DNA of 64,000 nucleotides, taken from positions 139,329 to 203,328 of the forward strand of contig DASZZN010000033.1 in NCBI GenBank assembly GCA_035544955.1, given 5' to 3'. Shown here piece after piece: positions 21,781 through 30,993 of this stretch; the stretch's first letter is position 1, and every line of letters starts with the position of its first letter. A model generated the notes under the pieces. That model was not told the origin of the DNA and made no database searches. It saw only the letters and a program-made list of their open reading frames with translations. The DNA is from Candidatus Dormiibacterota bacterium. Lineage in GTDB: Bacteria; Chloroflexota; Dormibacteria; CF-121. Made by a program: the position numbers and the translations under genes.

Positions 21781-22476
21781 CTAGTCGAGCTGATGACCGG
21801 GGTTGACGGTGCGTTTGCGTTCCAGATACGCGATCAGCGCAAACAGAAGCGTCAGGCCGAGCAGGAGCCCCCCAAGGGCGTCCGAGAGCCAGTGCCATCC
21901 GAGGTAGACGACGCCGTAGCCGACGAAGAAGACCAGGAGCACCAGCACCGGGCTAAGCCGCGAGCTGTCGCGGCCGAACAGCTCCCAACGCTCCGAGAGG
22001 TACAGCACCAGGCCGTAAGTCATCGTCGCCCGAAGTACGTGGCCGCTGGGAAACGAATAGTGCCCGAACTTGTGAGCCAGCCCCGGCAGGAAGTCCGGGA
22101 ACCGCTGAAACGCCCTACCCGGAGCCGGGCTCGTGATCACCTGCTTCCCAATGAGCTCCAGAAGCGAGCCGGCGAGCACAAAGGCTACGGGTAGCACAGC
22201 CAACAGGCGGAGGCCGCGAAAGAGGGCGATGCCGATGAGGGCGGCGACCAGCAGCGTCGCCTCGATGCTGCCGAGATACGAGAATATTCCGAGCCCGATG
22301 TCCTGCCCGGTGCTGCCCCGGCCCTGTAGGTAGTGTGTCATTCGCAAATTTAGCCGGTCGAACGCACCCAGGTCGACCAACAGCGCTAGAAGGACGAAGG
22401 CGGCGAAGAAGGCCCCGCTCGTGATCAGGAGCCGCCGGCTGAGGACCGGCCAGTGGAGGCGGATCAGTGCTGGCAT
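21781..22476 (-). CDS. PAP2-family membrane phosphatase
   Basis: Six predicted TM helices; PAP2 motifs 'SFPSGH' and 'GWHWLSD'; start placed at internal ATG to limit overlap with mutM. Confidence 0.7.
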   Translation of the reverse strand: MPALIRLHWPVLSRRLLITSGAFFAAFVLLALLVDLGAFDRLNLRMTHYLQGRGSTGQDIGLGIFSYLGSIEATLLVAALIGIALFRGLRLLAVLPVAFVLAGSLLELIGKQVITSPAPGRAFQRFPDFLPGLAHKFGHYSFPSGHVLRATMTYGLVLYLSERWELFGRDSSRLSPVLVLLVFFVGYGVVYLGWHWLSDALGGLLLGLTLLFALIAYLERKRTVNPGHQLD

Positions 22477-23342
22477 TTGCGGCAGTAGACCGTGCCGCGG
22501 CCGGCCATCCGTGTTCCCAGCAATGGCGTCCCGCATCTCAGACAGGGCTCGCCGCTTCGGCCGTAGACGAGCAGCTTCTCCTGATTGCTGCCGCGCAGCC
22601 CAAAGCCGTCGACGTAGTTAATGATCGAAGAGCCTCGCGCAGCAATGCTGTTCTCCAGGACGTACTGAATTGCTTCGTACAGCGCCCGCCGTTCACGAAC
22701 GGTGAGCCGGTGAGTCCACCGGCTAGGACGGATTTCGGCCCGAAAACATGCCTCGTCCGCATAGATATTGCCCACGCCGGCCAGAAAGGACTGATCGAGT
22801 AACGCCGATTTCACCGGCCGGCGGCGGGCCTTGACGAGCCGTTCGAATTCGGCCTCGGTGAGGTCGCCGTGGATCGGCTCTGGACCGAGGCGCCGGGGGA
22901 AGGCGCGGGCCGCGATGAGTTCATCCATGGTGCCGACGACCAGGCGCCCGAACTGCCGGGGATCGTCGTAACGCAGCTCCAGACCACTATCGAGCACGGC
23001 CCGGAAGTGCGTGTGCTTGACCGGCGCTTCTTCCGGCTCGCAGACCCGCAAGTGCCCGGTCATGCCCAAATGGACGATCACCTGGTCACCCAACGCGCCG
23101 TTGGGCGCCAACGTTCCGGTGGGAGCCGGCTCCAGGGGCATCACGATGTATTTGCCCCGACGTAGGACTGTCTTGATCGTCCGGCCGCGTAGGCGACGAA
23201 CGAACTTCGTCGCACTCGGGTAGCGCACGACTCGTGCCCGGACCGCGGGATCGCGCGTTAGTTGCAGCGACTCGATGCGGCGGCCCGTGAGTTGCGGCCG
23301 CAAATCGCGGACGATGGTTTCGACTTCGGGAAGCTCGGGCAT
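22464..23342 (-). CDS. mutM: formamidopyrimidine-DNA glycosylase
   Basis: 'MPELPEVE' catalytic N-terminal Pro, H2TH region, C-terminal zinc finger 'CLRCGTPL...CRKCQ'. Confidence 0.9.
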   Translation of the reverse strand: MPELPEVETIVRDLRPQLTGRRIESLQLTRDPAVRARVVRYPSATKFVRRLRGRTIKTVLRRGKYIVMPLEPAPTGTLAPNGALGDQVIVHLGMTGHLRVCEPEEAPVKHTHFRAVLDSGLELRYDDPRQFGRLVVGTMDELIAARAFPRRLGPEPIHGDLTEAEFERLVKARRRPVKSALLDQSFLAGVGNIYADEACFRAEIRPSRWTHRLTVRERRALYEAIQYVLENSIAARGSSIINYVDGFGLRGSNQEKLLVYGRSGEPCLRCGTPLLGTRMAGRGTVYCRKCQH

Positions 23343-23347
23343 CGCGC

Positions 23348-26215
23348 CTAGGCCCGGGCGGCGACAAGTCGCACGCGCTCCATATCCTGCCAGTTAGGCC
23401 CGACTTTCAGGTCGACTTGAACTGGCACTTTCAAGGGGTAAGCGCGGGCCATCAAGTCCGGCACGACTTCGATCAATCGATCGCGTTCGCCCGGGGTGAC
23501 TTCGAAGACGAGCTCGTCGTGCACGGTGAGGATCATCTGGCTGGCGAGCCGCTGCTCGTGCAGATAGTCTTGTAGCCGGATCATCGCCAGTTTCATGATG
23601 TCGGCCGCGGATCCCTGGATCGGCATGTTGATGGCGATTCGCTCAGCGCCCTGACGAAGCATGCGATTCGGCGAGCGAATGTCCTGGATATAGCGCCGCC
23701 GATGAAGGATTGTCTCGACGTAGCCTTGCTCTCGGGCCTGGATCTTGATGCCTTCGAGAAATTCACGGACCCGGTTGTAGGCGCGGAAGTATGCGTCGAT
23801 GAAAACCCTGGCCTCTTCCGTTGACATGCCCGTGTCGCGGGCGAGCCCGAAATCACTGAGGCCGTAGAACAAGCCGAAGTTAACGACTTTGGCCAGGCGC
23901 CGCTGATTGGCCGTGACGTCGGCCTGCGGAATGCCAAAGACTTCGGCGGCGGTCCGGGCGTGGATGTCTTCGCCGCGCGCAAAGGCATCGACCAGCACCG
24001 GATCGTCCGTCATGTGGGCCAGGACACGCAGCTCGATCTGCGAGTAATCGGCCGATAGCAAAACATCGCCGGGGCGTCCCGGGATGAAGGCGCGACGCAC
24101 TTTCTGGCCGACCTCGGTCCGGATGGGAATGTTCTGTAAGTTTGGGTCAGACGACGAGAGCCGGCCGGTCGCCGCCACGGTCTGATTGAAGCTGGTGTGG
24201 ACGCGATGCGTCTTCGCATCGACCAGTAGCGGCAGGGCATCGACGTAGGTGCCCTTGAGTTTGCTCAATTGTCTGAACTCGAGAATTTTCGAGACGACTG
24301 GATGCTGGTCGCGCAGCCCTTCGAGCACGTTGGCATCGGTCGAGTAGCCGCTTTTTGTCTTGCGGCCGCCAGGTAGGTCGAGATCTTCAAAGAGAAATCT
24401 CGCCAGTTGCTGCGGCGAGTTGACGTTGATCGGCCCGTGGGCGACGTCCGCGATCTCCTGGTCCAGAACTCGTAGTTGTTCGTATAAGTCCCGGGAGACC
24501 TGCTGCAAGTAGGGCAGGTCGACGGACACGCCGGCCAGCTCCATCTCGGCCAGCACGGGGAGCAGCGGCATCTCCAGATCACGAAACAATTCGGCGTTGC
24601 CTAAACGATCCAGTTCGGACTCGAGCCGTGGCGCCAGCTCCAGCATGACGCGCATGCGCTCGCCGAAAAACGCCGCCGCCCGCATGACGTCGACCTGGTC
24701 GCAGGTCATGGCGGCCTTGCCGCTGCCGAAGAGGGCCTCGCGCCCCTCGATGGAACGATGCAAGACATCCGAGGCCAGCGCCTCGAGGCTTGGCGAGCGA
24801 ACACCGGAGTTGAGCAGGTAGGCCGCCACGAGCAGATCCCAGTCGGCCCCACGGAGTTCGATGCCATGCACTCGCAGCGCCAGGTAATCGGCCTTCTGAT
24901 TGAAGCCCAGCTTGGACGGCTTCGCGCTACCGAGGCTGGCGGCGAAGCGGCCAAGGACATCGCGCACCTCGAGGCAACGCTCCTGTTCGTGGGCCAGCGG
25001 CAAGTAAAAAATCTCATGCTCATTGAGGCCGACGACCAGGGCGGCGATCCGGCCGTGACGCGGCACGTCATCCAGCGTGATGACCTGGAACCCGACCCGG
25101 TCGGCTGCCGCAAAAGCGGCAGTCAGCCGCTCGAGCTCGGCCGACTCGCGGACGAGGGTGACAGACTCCGTCGGCGCCGCCTCGAGGGACAGCGTCGATT
25201 GCGCTGGCTGGCGGGTCGCCGGCTGGCGGGCCGCCTCCTGGCGCGCCGGCTCCCCATCCAGAGGAAGGCGCCCCTGCTCTCTGACGGGCGGCGCAAAGAT
25301 CGGCGGGGCGGACATCGCGCTACCGTCGCTCCAGGTGGTTGGGACCCGGGCCGCGAGGCTGCGGAAGCCGAGGTCCGCCAGGATCGTCCGCGCCGCTTCG
25401 GGGCGATAATCCGTGGCAGAGCCGTGGCTCAAGTCGAGCGTAACCCCGGAGACGTCGAGGACGATCGTCGCCATTCTCTTGCTGAGCAGCGCCTGCTCCC
25501 AGTGCTCGTCCAGCAGTTTCTTGATCTTGGGTGGCGCGACCCGCTCGCGGTTCTCAACGAGGCTCTCGACGGACCCGAACTCCTGGATCAGCTTGATCGC
25601 CGTCTTCTCACCGATTCCGCGGATGCCGGGGATATTGTCCGAGACGTCGCCGACCAGGCCCTTGAGATCCACGGTCTGGATCGGCTCCAGGCCATAGCGC
25701 TCGCGCACACGGTCGGGCGTGTACAGAATCGTCTCCGACACGCCGCGCTTGCTCGTCAAGACAAAGACATCGTCATTGACAAGTTGCAAGGCATCCAAAT
25801 CGCCGGTGACGATCGTGCTGTGCAGGCCTTGCTCACGGGCCTGCCGCGCCAGCGTGCCGATGACGTCGTCCGCCTCGACGCCCTGAATTTCGTAGATGGG
25901 AATCCCGAAGGCGCGGACAATGTCGCGCGTCAGCGGAAACTGCGGACTCAGCTCCGGCGGCGTCGGCCGCCGAGTCGCCTTGTACTGGGCCAGCTCCTCG
26001 TGGCGGAAGGTCCGGCCGCCCAGGTCGAAAGACGCGAGCACGTAGTCTGGATGTTCCTGCAGAGCCAGCAAGAGCATCGACGTAAAGCCGTAGGCGGCGT
26101 TGACGATATTGCCTTCGCGGTCGGTTAAGGAGGGCAGCGCAAAGAAGGCGCGGTAGACCAACGAGTGGCCGTCGATAAGGACGAGCCGCTGCTTCTGTTG
26201 GGACTCCGGCACCAC
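23348..26215 (-). CDS. polA: DNA polymerase I
   Basis: 5'-3' exonuclease N-domain 'LVLIDGHSLVYRAFFA', polymerase motifs 'DYSQIELR', 'RRLAKVVNFGLFYG', 'QVHDELV'. Confidence 0.95.
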   Translation of the reverse strand: MVPESQQKQRLVLIDGHSLVYRAFFALPSLTDREGNIVNAAYGFTSMLLLALQEHPDYVLASFDLGGRTFRHEELAQYKATRRPTPPELSPQFPLTRDIVRAFGIPIYEIQGVEADDVIGTLARQAREQGLHSTIVTGDLDALQLVNDDVFVLTSKRGVSETILYTPDRVRERYGLEPIQTVDLKGLVGDVSDNIPGIRGIGEKTAIKLIQEFGSVESLVENRERVAPPKIKKLLDEHWEQALLSKRMATIVLDVSGVTLDLSHGSATDYRPEAARTILADLGFRSLAARVPTTWSDGSAMSAPPIFAPPVREQGRLPLDGEPARQEAARQPATRQPAQSTLSLEAAPTESVTLVRESAELERLTAAFAAADRVGFQVITLDDVPRHGRIAALVVGLNEHEIFYLPLAHEQERCLEVRDVLGRFAASLGSAKPSKLGFNQKADYLALRVHGIELRGADWDLLVAAYLLNSGVRSPSLEALASDVLHRSIEGREALFGSGKAAMTCDQVDVMRAAAFFGERMRVMLELAPRLESELDRLGNAELFRDLEMPLLPVLAEMELAGVSVDLPYLQQVSRDLYEQLRVLDQEIADVAHGPINVNSPQQLARFLFEDLDLPGGRKTKSGYSTDANVLEGLRDQHPVVSKILEFRQLSKLKGTYVDALPLLVDAKTHRVHTSFNQTVAATGRLSSSDPNLQNIPIRTEVGQKVRRAFIPGRPGDVLLSADYSQIELRVLAHMTDDPVLVDAFARGEDIHARTAAEVFGIPQADVTANQRRLAKVVNFGLFYGLSDFGLARDTGMSTEEARVFIDAYFRAYNRVREFLEGIKIQAREQGYVETILHRRRYIQDIRSPNRMLRQGAERIAINMPIQGSAADIMKLAMIRLQDYLHEQRLASQMILTVHDELVFEVTPGERDRLIEVVPDLMARAYPLKVPVQVDLKVGPNWQDMERVRLVAARA

Positions 26216-26294
26216 CAGAGTTTAGTCGTGCCGGAATCTGTTAAACGCTGCCGGTGACTGAAAAACCCGATGATAAGATAGGCTCGAATTCAGG

Positions 26295-26801
26295 ATGGCT
26301 AAATTCGTCGAAATGCAAGTCGACTCCATCCGCGTGCACATGCCCAGCGGGCAGCACGTCGTGATCCTCAAAGAAAAAGAAACAGACCGGTATCTACCGA
26401 TCTGGATCGGCATCTACGAAGCCAACGCGATCGCCCTGAAGATCACGGGCATCACCCCCGAGCGGCCGATCACCCACGACCTGTTGGCCAATATTCTGCA
26501 GAGCGCCGAGATGCGACTCAAGAAAATCCAGGTGACGTCGCTGACAAATGAAGTCTTCTTTGCCAGACTGTTTCTCGCGGTCAACGGCAAGGAAGTCGAG
26601 ATCGACTCGCGACCGAGCGATGCGATCGCGCTCGCGGTCCGGATGACCTGTCCGATCCTTGTCTCACAGGACGTTCTCGACAAGGCCGGCGTGTTCCCCG
26701 AGAAAGAAGAGGAAGAAGAAGACAAACTCTCGATCTTCAAAGAGCTCATCAACAGCATGGACCTGCCGGACCTGGAAGGTCCACCGCCGGAGAAGAGCTA
26801 G
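26295..26801 (+). CDS. bifunctional nuclease family protein (BFN/DUF151)
   Basis: 168 aa; 'HMPSGQHVVILKEKE...RYLPIWIG...EANAIAL' matches the bifunctional DNase/RNase family. Confidence 0.75.
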   Translation: MAKFVEMQVDSIRVHMPSGQHVVILKEKETDRYLPIWIGIYEANAIALKITGITPERPITHDLLANILQSAEMRLKKIQVTSLTNEVFFARLFLAVNGKEVEIDSRPSDAIALAVRMTCPILVSQDVLDKAGVFPEKEEEEEDKLSIFKELINSMDLPDLEGPPPEKS

Positions 26802-27655
26802 CCCGCGATCCGGACCGGGATGCTCGCCTGGAGTACCCGTCCCGACCCGTCGGGAATCAACCAGGTGGCCTCGAGCCGATAATCGCCGGCGCGCGGTGCC
26901 GACAGGGGGAAGCTGGTGAGGTCATACCAACCGCCGAAGATCGGCGTGCCGTTCCAGCTCTCGACGCCGACCGGATTGAGTGCGACGCCCTGACCGTTGC
27001 GGACCAGCGTCAGGGTCAGCCCTTGGTCACCGCTGTTGAGGGACGTCGACGGCGAGCCGATCAACTGGACAGTCACCCGCATCCTGCCATTCGTTGCGTA
27101 GGACGAGCGGTCCGAATCCAGGACCAGGCGCCGCGAGCCATTTGTTGGATCCGAGACAGTCGCGCCATTCGCTGCCGCTCCACTGGACTGCGCGTCAAAC
27201 TGCTGCGTAGACGGAACCGGCGCCGCGAGCGGAGCGATGGCGCCTTTCTGGTTCCGCGTGGCGGAACTGTACGCCGGCGCCGCGGCACCGCCTCCGTTGA
27301 ACGTGCTGGTGCTGGCCGTGCCGGCAGGACCTTGGAAGTGCAACTGCGACACCCCGATGACGACGACGAGCATGGCTGCCGCGCCAGCGCCCAGCCAGCC
27401 GACTGGCGCCCAGCGAAACGACTGGCGGGGCTGCGCCGGGATGCGGAAGGTCCGGGTCGGCGTCTCCATCGGCAGCGCGCGGACGGCATAGACCGTCTCA
27501 CGCAGCCGATCCAGACGCCGCGTGCACTCGGCACAGCCGGCGACGTGTTCCGCGACGCGCGCCTGCGCACGAGCGTCGAGCTCATGGTCGAGATACGCCG
27601 AGAGCTCCTCAAGCGTCGGCTCGGTCGGGATGCGTGGCTCATTCGGCATGGGCAT
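26798..27655 (-). CDS. anti-sigma factor (zf-HC2 N-terminus, single TM)
   Basis: 'HVAGCAECTRRLDRL' zf-HC2 motif, TM 'WLGAGAAAMLVVVIGV', Ala/Ser-rich extracytoplasmic C-domain; overlaps the ECF sigma gene by 17 nt. Confidence 0.7.
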   Translation of the reverse strand: MPMPNEPRIPTEPTLEELSAYLDHELDARAQARVAEHVAGCAECTRRLDRLRETVYAVRALPMETPTRTFRIPAQPRQSFRWAPVGWLGAGAAAMLVVVIGVSQLHFQGPAGTASTSTFNGGGAAAPAYSSATRNQKGAIAPLAAPVPSTQQFDAQSSGAAANGATVSDPTNGSRRLVLDSDRSSYATNGRMRVTVQLIGSPSTSLNSGDQGLTLTLVRNGQGVALNPVGVESWNGTPIFGGWYDLTSFPLSAPRAGDYRLEATWLIPDGSGRVLQASIPVRIAG

Positions 27656-28253
27656 CCTCCCGAGTCGGAAAGAAATCCGGGTGCTGCTGCAGGCGCTCCT
27701 GGACCTGAGCGCGTGCGCGTGCGATCCGCGACTTGACCGTGCCGAGCGGAACGCGAAGCACGGCGGCGATCTCCTCGTACGCCATGCCGTTCACGTCGCG
27801 CAGGACGATCGCGATCCGCATGTCGTGGTCGAGTGCCTGGATGCTGTCACGGACCAGGCGCGTCCGCGCATTCGCCTCGGTTTGCTCCTGCGGATCAGGC
27901 GTCGCGATGCCGAGGCCGACGACGTTACCGGCCTTGGGACTTATCTGATCTTCGTCGGGCATGACGCTGAACCGCCGGCCGCGCCGAAAGTGGTCGTAAC
28001 AGAGATTCGCGGCAATCTGGAACAGCCAGGACTTGAACGGCGCCTCCCGCAGGGTGCGGATCTTTTCCCAGGCGCGGAGAAACGCCTCCTGCGTGATGTC
28101 GGCGGCATCATCCGGTTGGCCGACCATCCGCAGCGCCATGTTGTAGAGCGGGACTTGATATTGCACGATCAATTGGGTAAACGCCTCCCGATCGCCCCGG
28201 CGGGCCCGGCCCACCAGGTCGCGATCGTCGTTCGAGTTGTTAGACGCAACCAT
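27639..28253 (-). CDS. ECF-family RNA polymerase sigma factor
   Basis: Region 2 'DITQEAFLRAWEKI', region 4 'AAVLRVPLGTVKSRIARA'. Confidence 0.85.
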   Translation of the reverse strand: MVASNNSNDDRDLVGRARRGDREAFTQLIVQYQVPLYNMALRMVGQPDDAADITQEAFLRAWEKIRTLREAPFKSWLFQIAANLCYDHFRRGRRFSVMPDEDQISPKAGNVVGLGIATPDPQEQTEANARTRLVRDSIQALDHDMRIAIVLRDVNGMAYEEIAAVLRVPLGTVKSRIARARAQVQERLQQHPDFFPTREDAHAE

Positions 28254-28299
28254 CTCTAATAAGTTCCCAACGAGCGTACTCGGATATACTCGCCGCGCC

Positions 28300-28382
28300 G
28301 CCGGAGTGTCGGAATGGTAGACGAGGGCGCCTCAAAAGCGCCTGGGCGTAAGTCCGTGTGGGTTCGAGTCCCTCCTCCGGCA
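28300..28382 (+). tRNA. tRNA-Leu (anticodon CAA), class II
   Basis: Acceptor GCCGGAG/CTCCGGC, 3-bp D-stem, anticodon stem GGCGC/GCGCC loop CTCAAAA, long variable arm, T-loop TTCGAGT (one T-stem mismatch). Confidence 0.7.
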
Positions 28383-28488
28383 GTAACAAATCGGGAATTC
28401 TGAGCGGCCTGCTGGTCACGCTGCGTCCATTTTCCGAGCCTCCACGGGCCGGCAACCGATTGACGATCGGCCGGCACCCCGCCATACT

Positions 28489-28529
28489 GCCGCCGAAGAG
28501 GCGAGAACGGAACTTTTTCCTTCGGCGGC
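28489..28529 (+). promoter_or_regulatory. stable leader hairpin (10-bp perfect stem GCCGCCGAAG/CTTCGGCGGC, 21-nt loop) 16 nt upstream of the operon start codon
   Basis: Perfect inverted repeat read directly; followed by AAGG Shine-Dalgarno and ATG at 28546. Confidence 0.5.
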
Positions 28530-28545
28530 CGTCTTAAGGCAGTAG

Positions 28546-30993
28546 ATGCGTGTCCAGCGCTCGTTCGGCTTGCCCGCGCGGCTTGCATTGGCATCGCTGC
28601 TCGCCGGAACGACGCTGGCGGGGGCGTCCATCGGCGCCGCGGCCGCCAGCGACGTCACGCTCAGCGTCCTCGTCGGCTACCAGGACGTCGTCAAGCCCGG
28701 CGAGTGGATGCCGATCACGGTCGTCGCCAAGAACGGCGGAGCCGGTATCGATGGCACGCTCGAGCTCCAGGAGACGTTGAACGGCCAACCCGACGTCAGC
28801 GGCTTTCCCGTTTACCACGCGCCGATCAGTCTCGCCAGTGGAGCCAGCAAGCGGATCCGGGCGTACGCCATCATCGACACGAGCGGCGCGACGATCACGG
28901 CGCGAATCGTCCAGAGCGGCCGGGTGATCGTCTCCCAGGACTCCGCGTCGACGAGCACCACGTCGACGATGATCGGCGTCCTCTCCGACCAGGGCACGGC
29001 TCTTGATACCTTCGGGGCCGTTCACCCAGCGAGCGTCGCCGCCCGCGTGGTTCACCTGGCGGCCGGCGACCTCCCGGAGTCGGCGATTCCGCTACGCGCC
29101 TTCGACATCCTCGCGATCGACGACTTCGCCACCGACAGCCTGACCACGGGCCAGCGGACGGCCATCGGCGACTTCGTCCGCGCCGGCGGCGATCTTCTGT
29201 TGGGCACCGGCGCCGCCTGGCACAAGACGCTCGCCGGCCTGCCGACGGCGATCGTGCCGATGACGGTCAGCGGCACCACGAGCGTGACCACCTCCCTGCT
29301 CGGCGGCGCCCCTGTCGAGGTGGCCACCGGGGCCTCGACGCCGGGGCCGGTCTGGCTGGCGACCGGCAGCCAGCCGCTGCTGCTCGAGCGCCAGGTCGGG
29401 GCGGGCATGGTTACGCTTGCCACCTTCGATTGGAATCAGGATCCCGTCGCTGGCTGGAGCGGGACCGCCCCCCTCCTCCGCCAGATCATCGCGCGCTCCG
29501 TGATTGGCGTGGGCAGCTCCAACCAGAACTTCGCCTATGCGATGGGCGTGCCGGGCCCGATGAGCTTCACGTCGCAGCCATCGATCGCCTCCAAGAGCGG
29601 CGCCCTCAGCTCCACGTTAGGGAACCTCCCGGGACTCGACCTGCCATCGCTCCAGCTGACCGGCCTGCTCGTGCTGCTCTACGTCCTGCTCGTGGGTCCC
29701 GTGAACTACATCGTGTTGGGCGCGATGCGGCGCCGAGCGCTTGCCTGGGTCACCGTGCCCCTGATCGCCGTGATCGCCGCCGGCGGCGCCTACGGGGCCG
29801 GGGTCTTCACCAAGGGCCGCTCCGTGCAGGCCAACCAGATCACGATCCTGCATGTGCAGCCGGGCTGGGACCACGCTTACCAGGAAACGTACACCGGGAT
29901 CATGGCGCCGAGTCGCGGTGATTACCAGGCCGTCATCGGCGGAGGGCGGCTCCTGATCAGCCCGATCGTCAACAACAGCGGTTTCGGCCCGGGGGGCTTC
30001 GGAACGGGGTCGCGTGCGGGCAGCCTCCGCATCAACCTGGACAACAACACTGTCACGCTGCCAGGGATGACCGCCTTCGTGCTGGGTGGCTTCGCGACCG
30101 AGTCGATGAGCTCGGCGCCCCAGTTGGGCGCGCACCTCCAGGTGGTGAATGGCAAGCTCACCGGCACGATCGAGAACCACTCGAACCTGGCTTTCACGGA
30201 CGCCGTCCTGATCATGGGCGACAACTTTCAGACCTTTGGCGCGCTGAAACCCGGAGCGACGGCGGCCGTCTCACTGGACCCGAAGCCGTCCAACCTCTTT
30301 GGGCAGCCGACCTACAGCCGCATCTACGGAACCGCATACTTCACCGGCGGCCCGCAGCCGACTCAGCTGAGCGACGCGCAGCGCGAAGATTATGCGAAGG
30401 CGCAGATCCTGGCCGTGCTGCCCACCGGAGGAAGCTTCAAGGGCATTTCGTCCGCGAACACGCCGCTGCTGGTCGCCTGGACGCACGAGTCGTTCCAGGA
30501 CCTCACCGTGAACGGGAATCATCCGCGATCGACGGCCGAAACCGCGGTCGCCCTGTCGCTGTCGCTGGACCAGATTGGTACGGGCTCGTTGCCGGCCGGT
30601 GTCGTCAGCGGCCGCATCGTGGACGTCGTGGGTGACACGCAAGGCCAGGGACCGGTTGGCATGCTGCTGATCCAGAGCGGCAGCGTCACGTACGAATTTT
30701 CGCCCTTGCTGGCGGCCGGCACGCAACTGACCGCCGCCTCGCTCACCACCTCCAACCCGTACGGCGGCAAGTTCATCCCCGCCCCGGGCGGCGGTACAAC
30801 CGCTCCCACGGTCCAGGGACAGGTATGGGACTGGGCACGGTCGACCTGGACCGACGTCGCCTACCAGGACAACGGCACGACCACCCTACCCGACAGCGCC
30901 GTCAATCCCGACAGCGGCCTGGTGCGCCTTCGACTCAGCAGCAGCGGCGGCTTCGTGGCGGGGACCATTACGCTCGCAGGGACGGTCCGATGA
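28546..30993 (+). CDS. large secreted/membrane protein (815 aa): signal peptide, ~370-aa beta-rich domain, internal TM pair, second ~380-aa domain
   Basis: N-terminal signal 'LALASLLAGTTLAGASIGAAAAS'; central hydrophobic pair 'LTGLLVLLYVLLVGPV' and 'WVTVPLIAVIAAGGAYGAGV'; ATGA coupling to the ABC ATPase. Confidence 0.7.
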   Translation: MRVQRSFGLPARLALASLLAGTTLAGASIGAAAASDVTLSVLVGYQDVVKPGEWMPITVVAKNGGAGIDGTLELQETLNGQPDVSGFPVYHAPISLASGASKRIRAYAIIDTSGATITARIVQSGRVIVSQDSASTSTTSTMIGVLSDQGTALDTFGAVHPASVAARVVHLAAGDLPESAIPLRAFDILAIDDFATDSLTTGQRTAIGDFVRAGGDLLLGTGAAWHKTLAGLPTAIVPMTVSGTTSVTTSLLGGAPVEVATGASTPGPVWLATGSQPLLLERQVGAGMVTLATFDWNQDPVAGWSGTAPLLRQIIARSVIGVGSSNQNFAYAMGVPGPMSFTSQPSIASKSGALSSTLGNLPGLDLPSLQLTGLLVLLYVLLVGPVNYIVLGAMRRRALAWVTVPLIAVIAAGGAYGAGVFTKGRSVQANQITILHVQPGWDHAYQETYTGIMAPSRGDYQAVIGGGRLLISPIVNNSGFGPGGFGTGSRAGSLRINLDNNTVTLPGMTAFVLGGFATESMSSAPQLGAHLQVVNGKLTGTIENHSNLAFTDAVLIMGDNFQTFGALKPGATAAVSLDPKPSNLFGQPTYSRIYGTAYFTGGPQPTQLSDAQREDYAKAQILAVLPTGGSFKGISSANTPLLVAWTHESFQDLTVNGNHPRSTAETAVALSLSLDQIGTGSLPAGVVSGRIVDVVGDTQGQGPVGMLLIQSGSVTYEFSPLLAAGTQLTAASLTTSNPYGGKFIPAPGGGTTAPTVQGQVWDWARSTWTDVAYQDNGTTTLPDSAVNPDSGLVRLRLSSSGGFVAGTITLAGTVR

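Noticed and set aside
24758-26128. 456-aa ORF on + strand
   Set aside because: Antisense to polA, whose strong family motifs fix the coding strand. Long antisense ORFs are expected at ~68% GC. The same reasoning applies to 43169-45208 (opposite dnaE), 5495-6454 (opposite PLD), 55524-56720 and 56847-57716 (opposite pcrA), 16759-17820 (opposite uvrA), 3389-4519 (opposite the SBP), 1480-2511 and 326-985.
28240-28594. ORFs 28240-28485 and 28256-28594 on the minus strand
   Set aside because: They overlap tRNA-Leu(CAA) and the operon leader. Composition-driven; no motifs.
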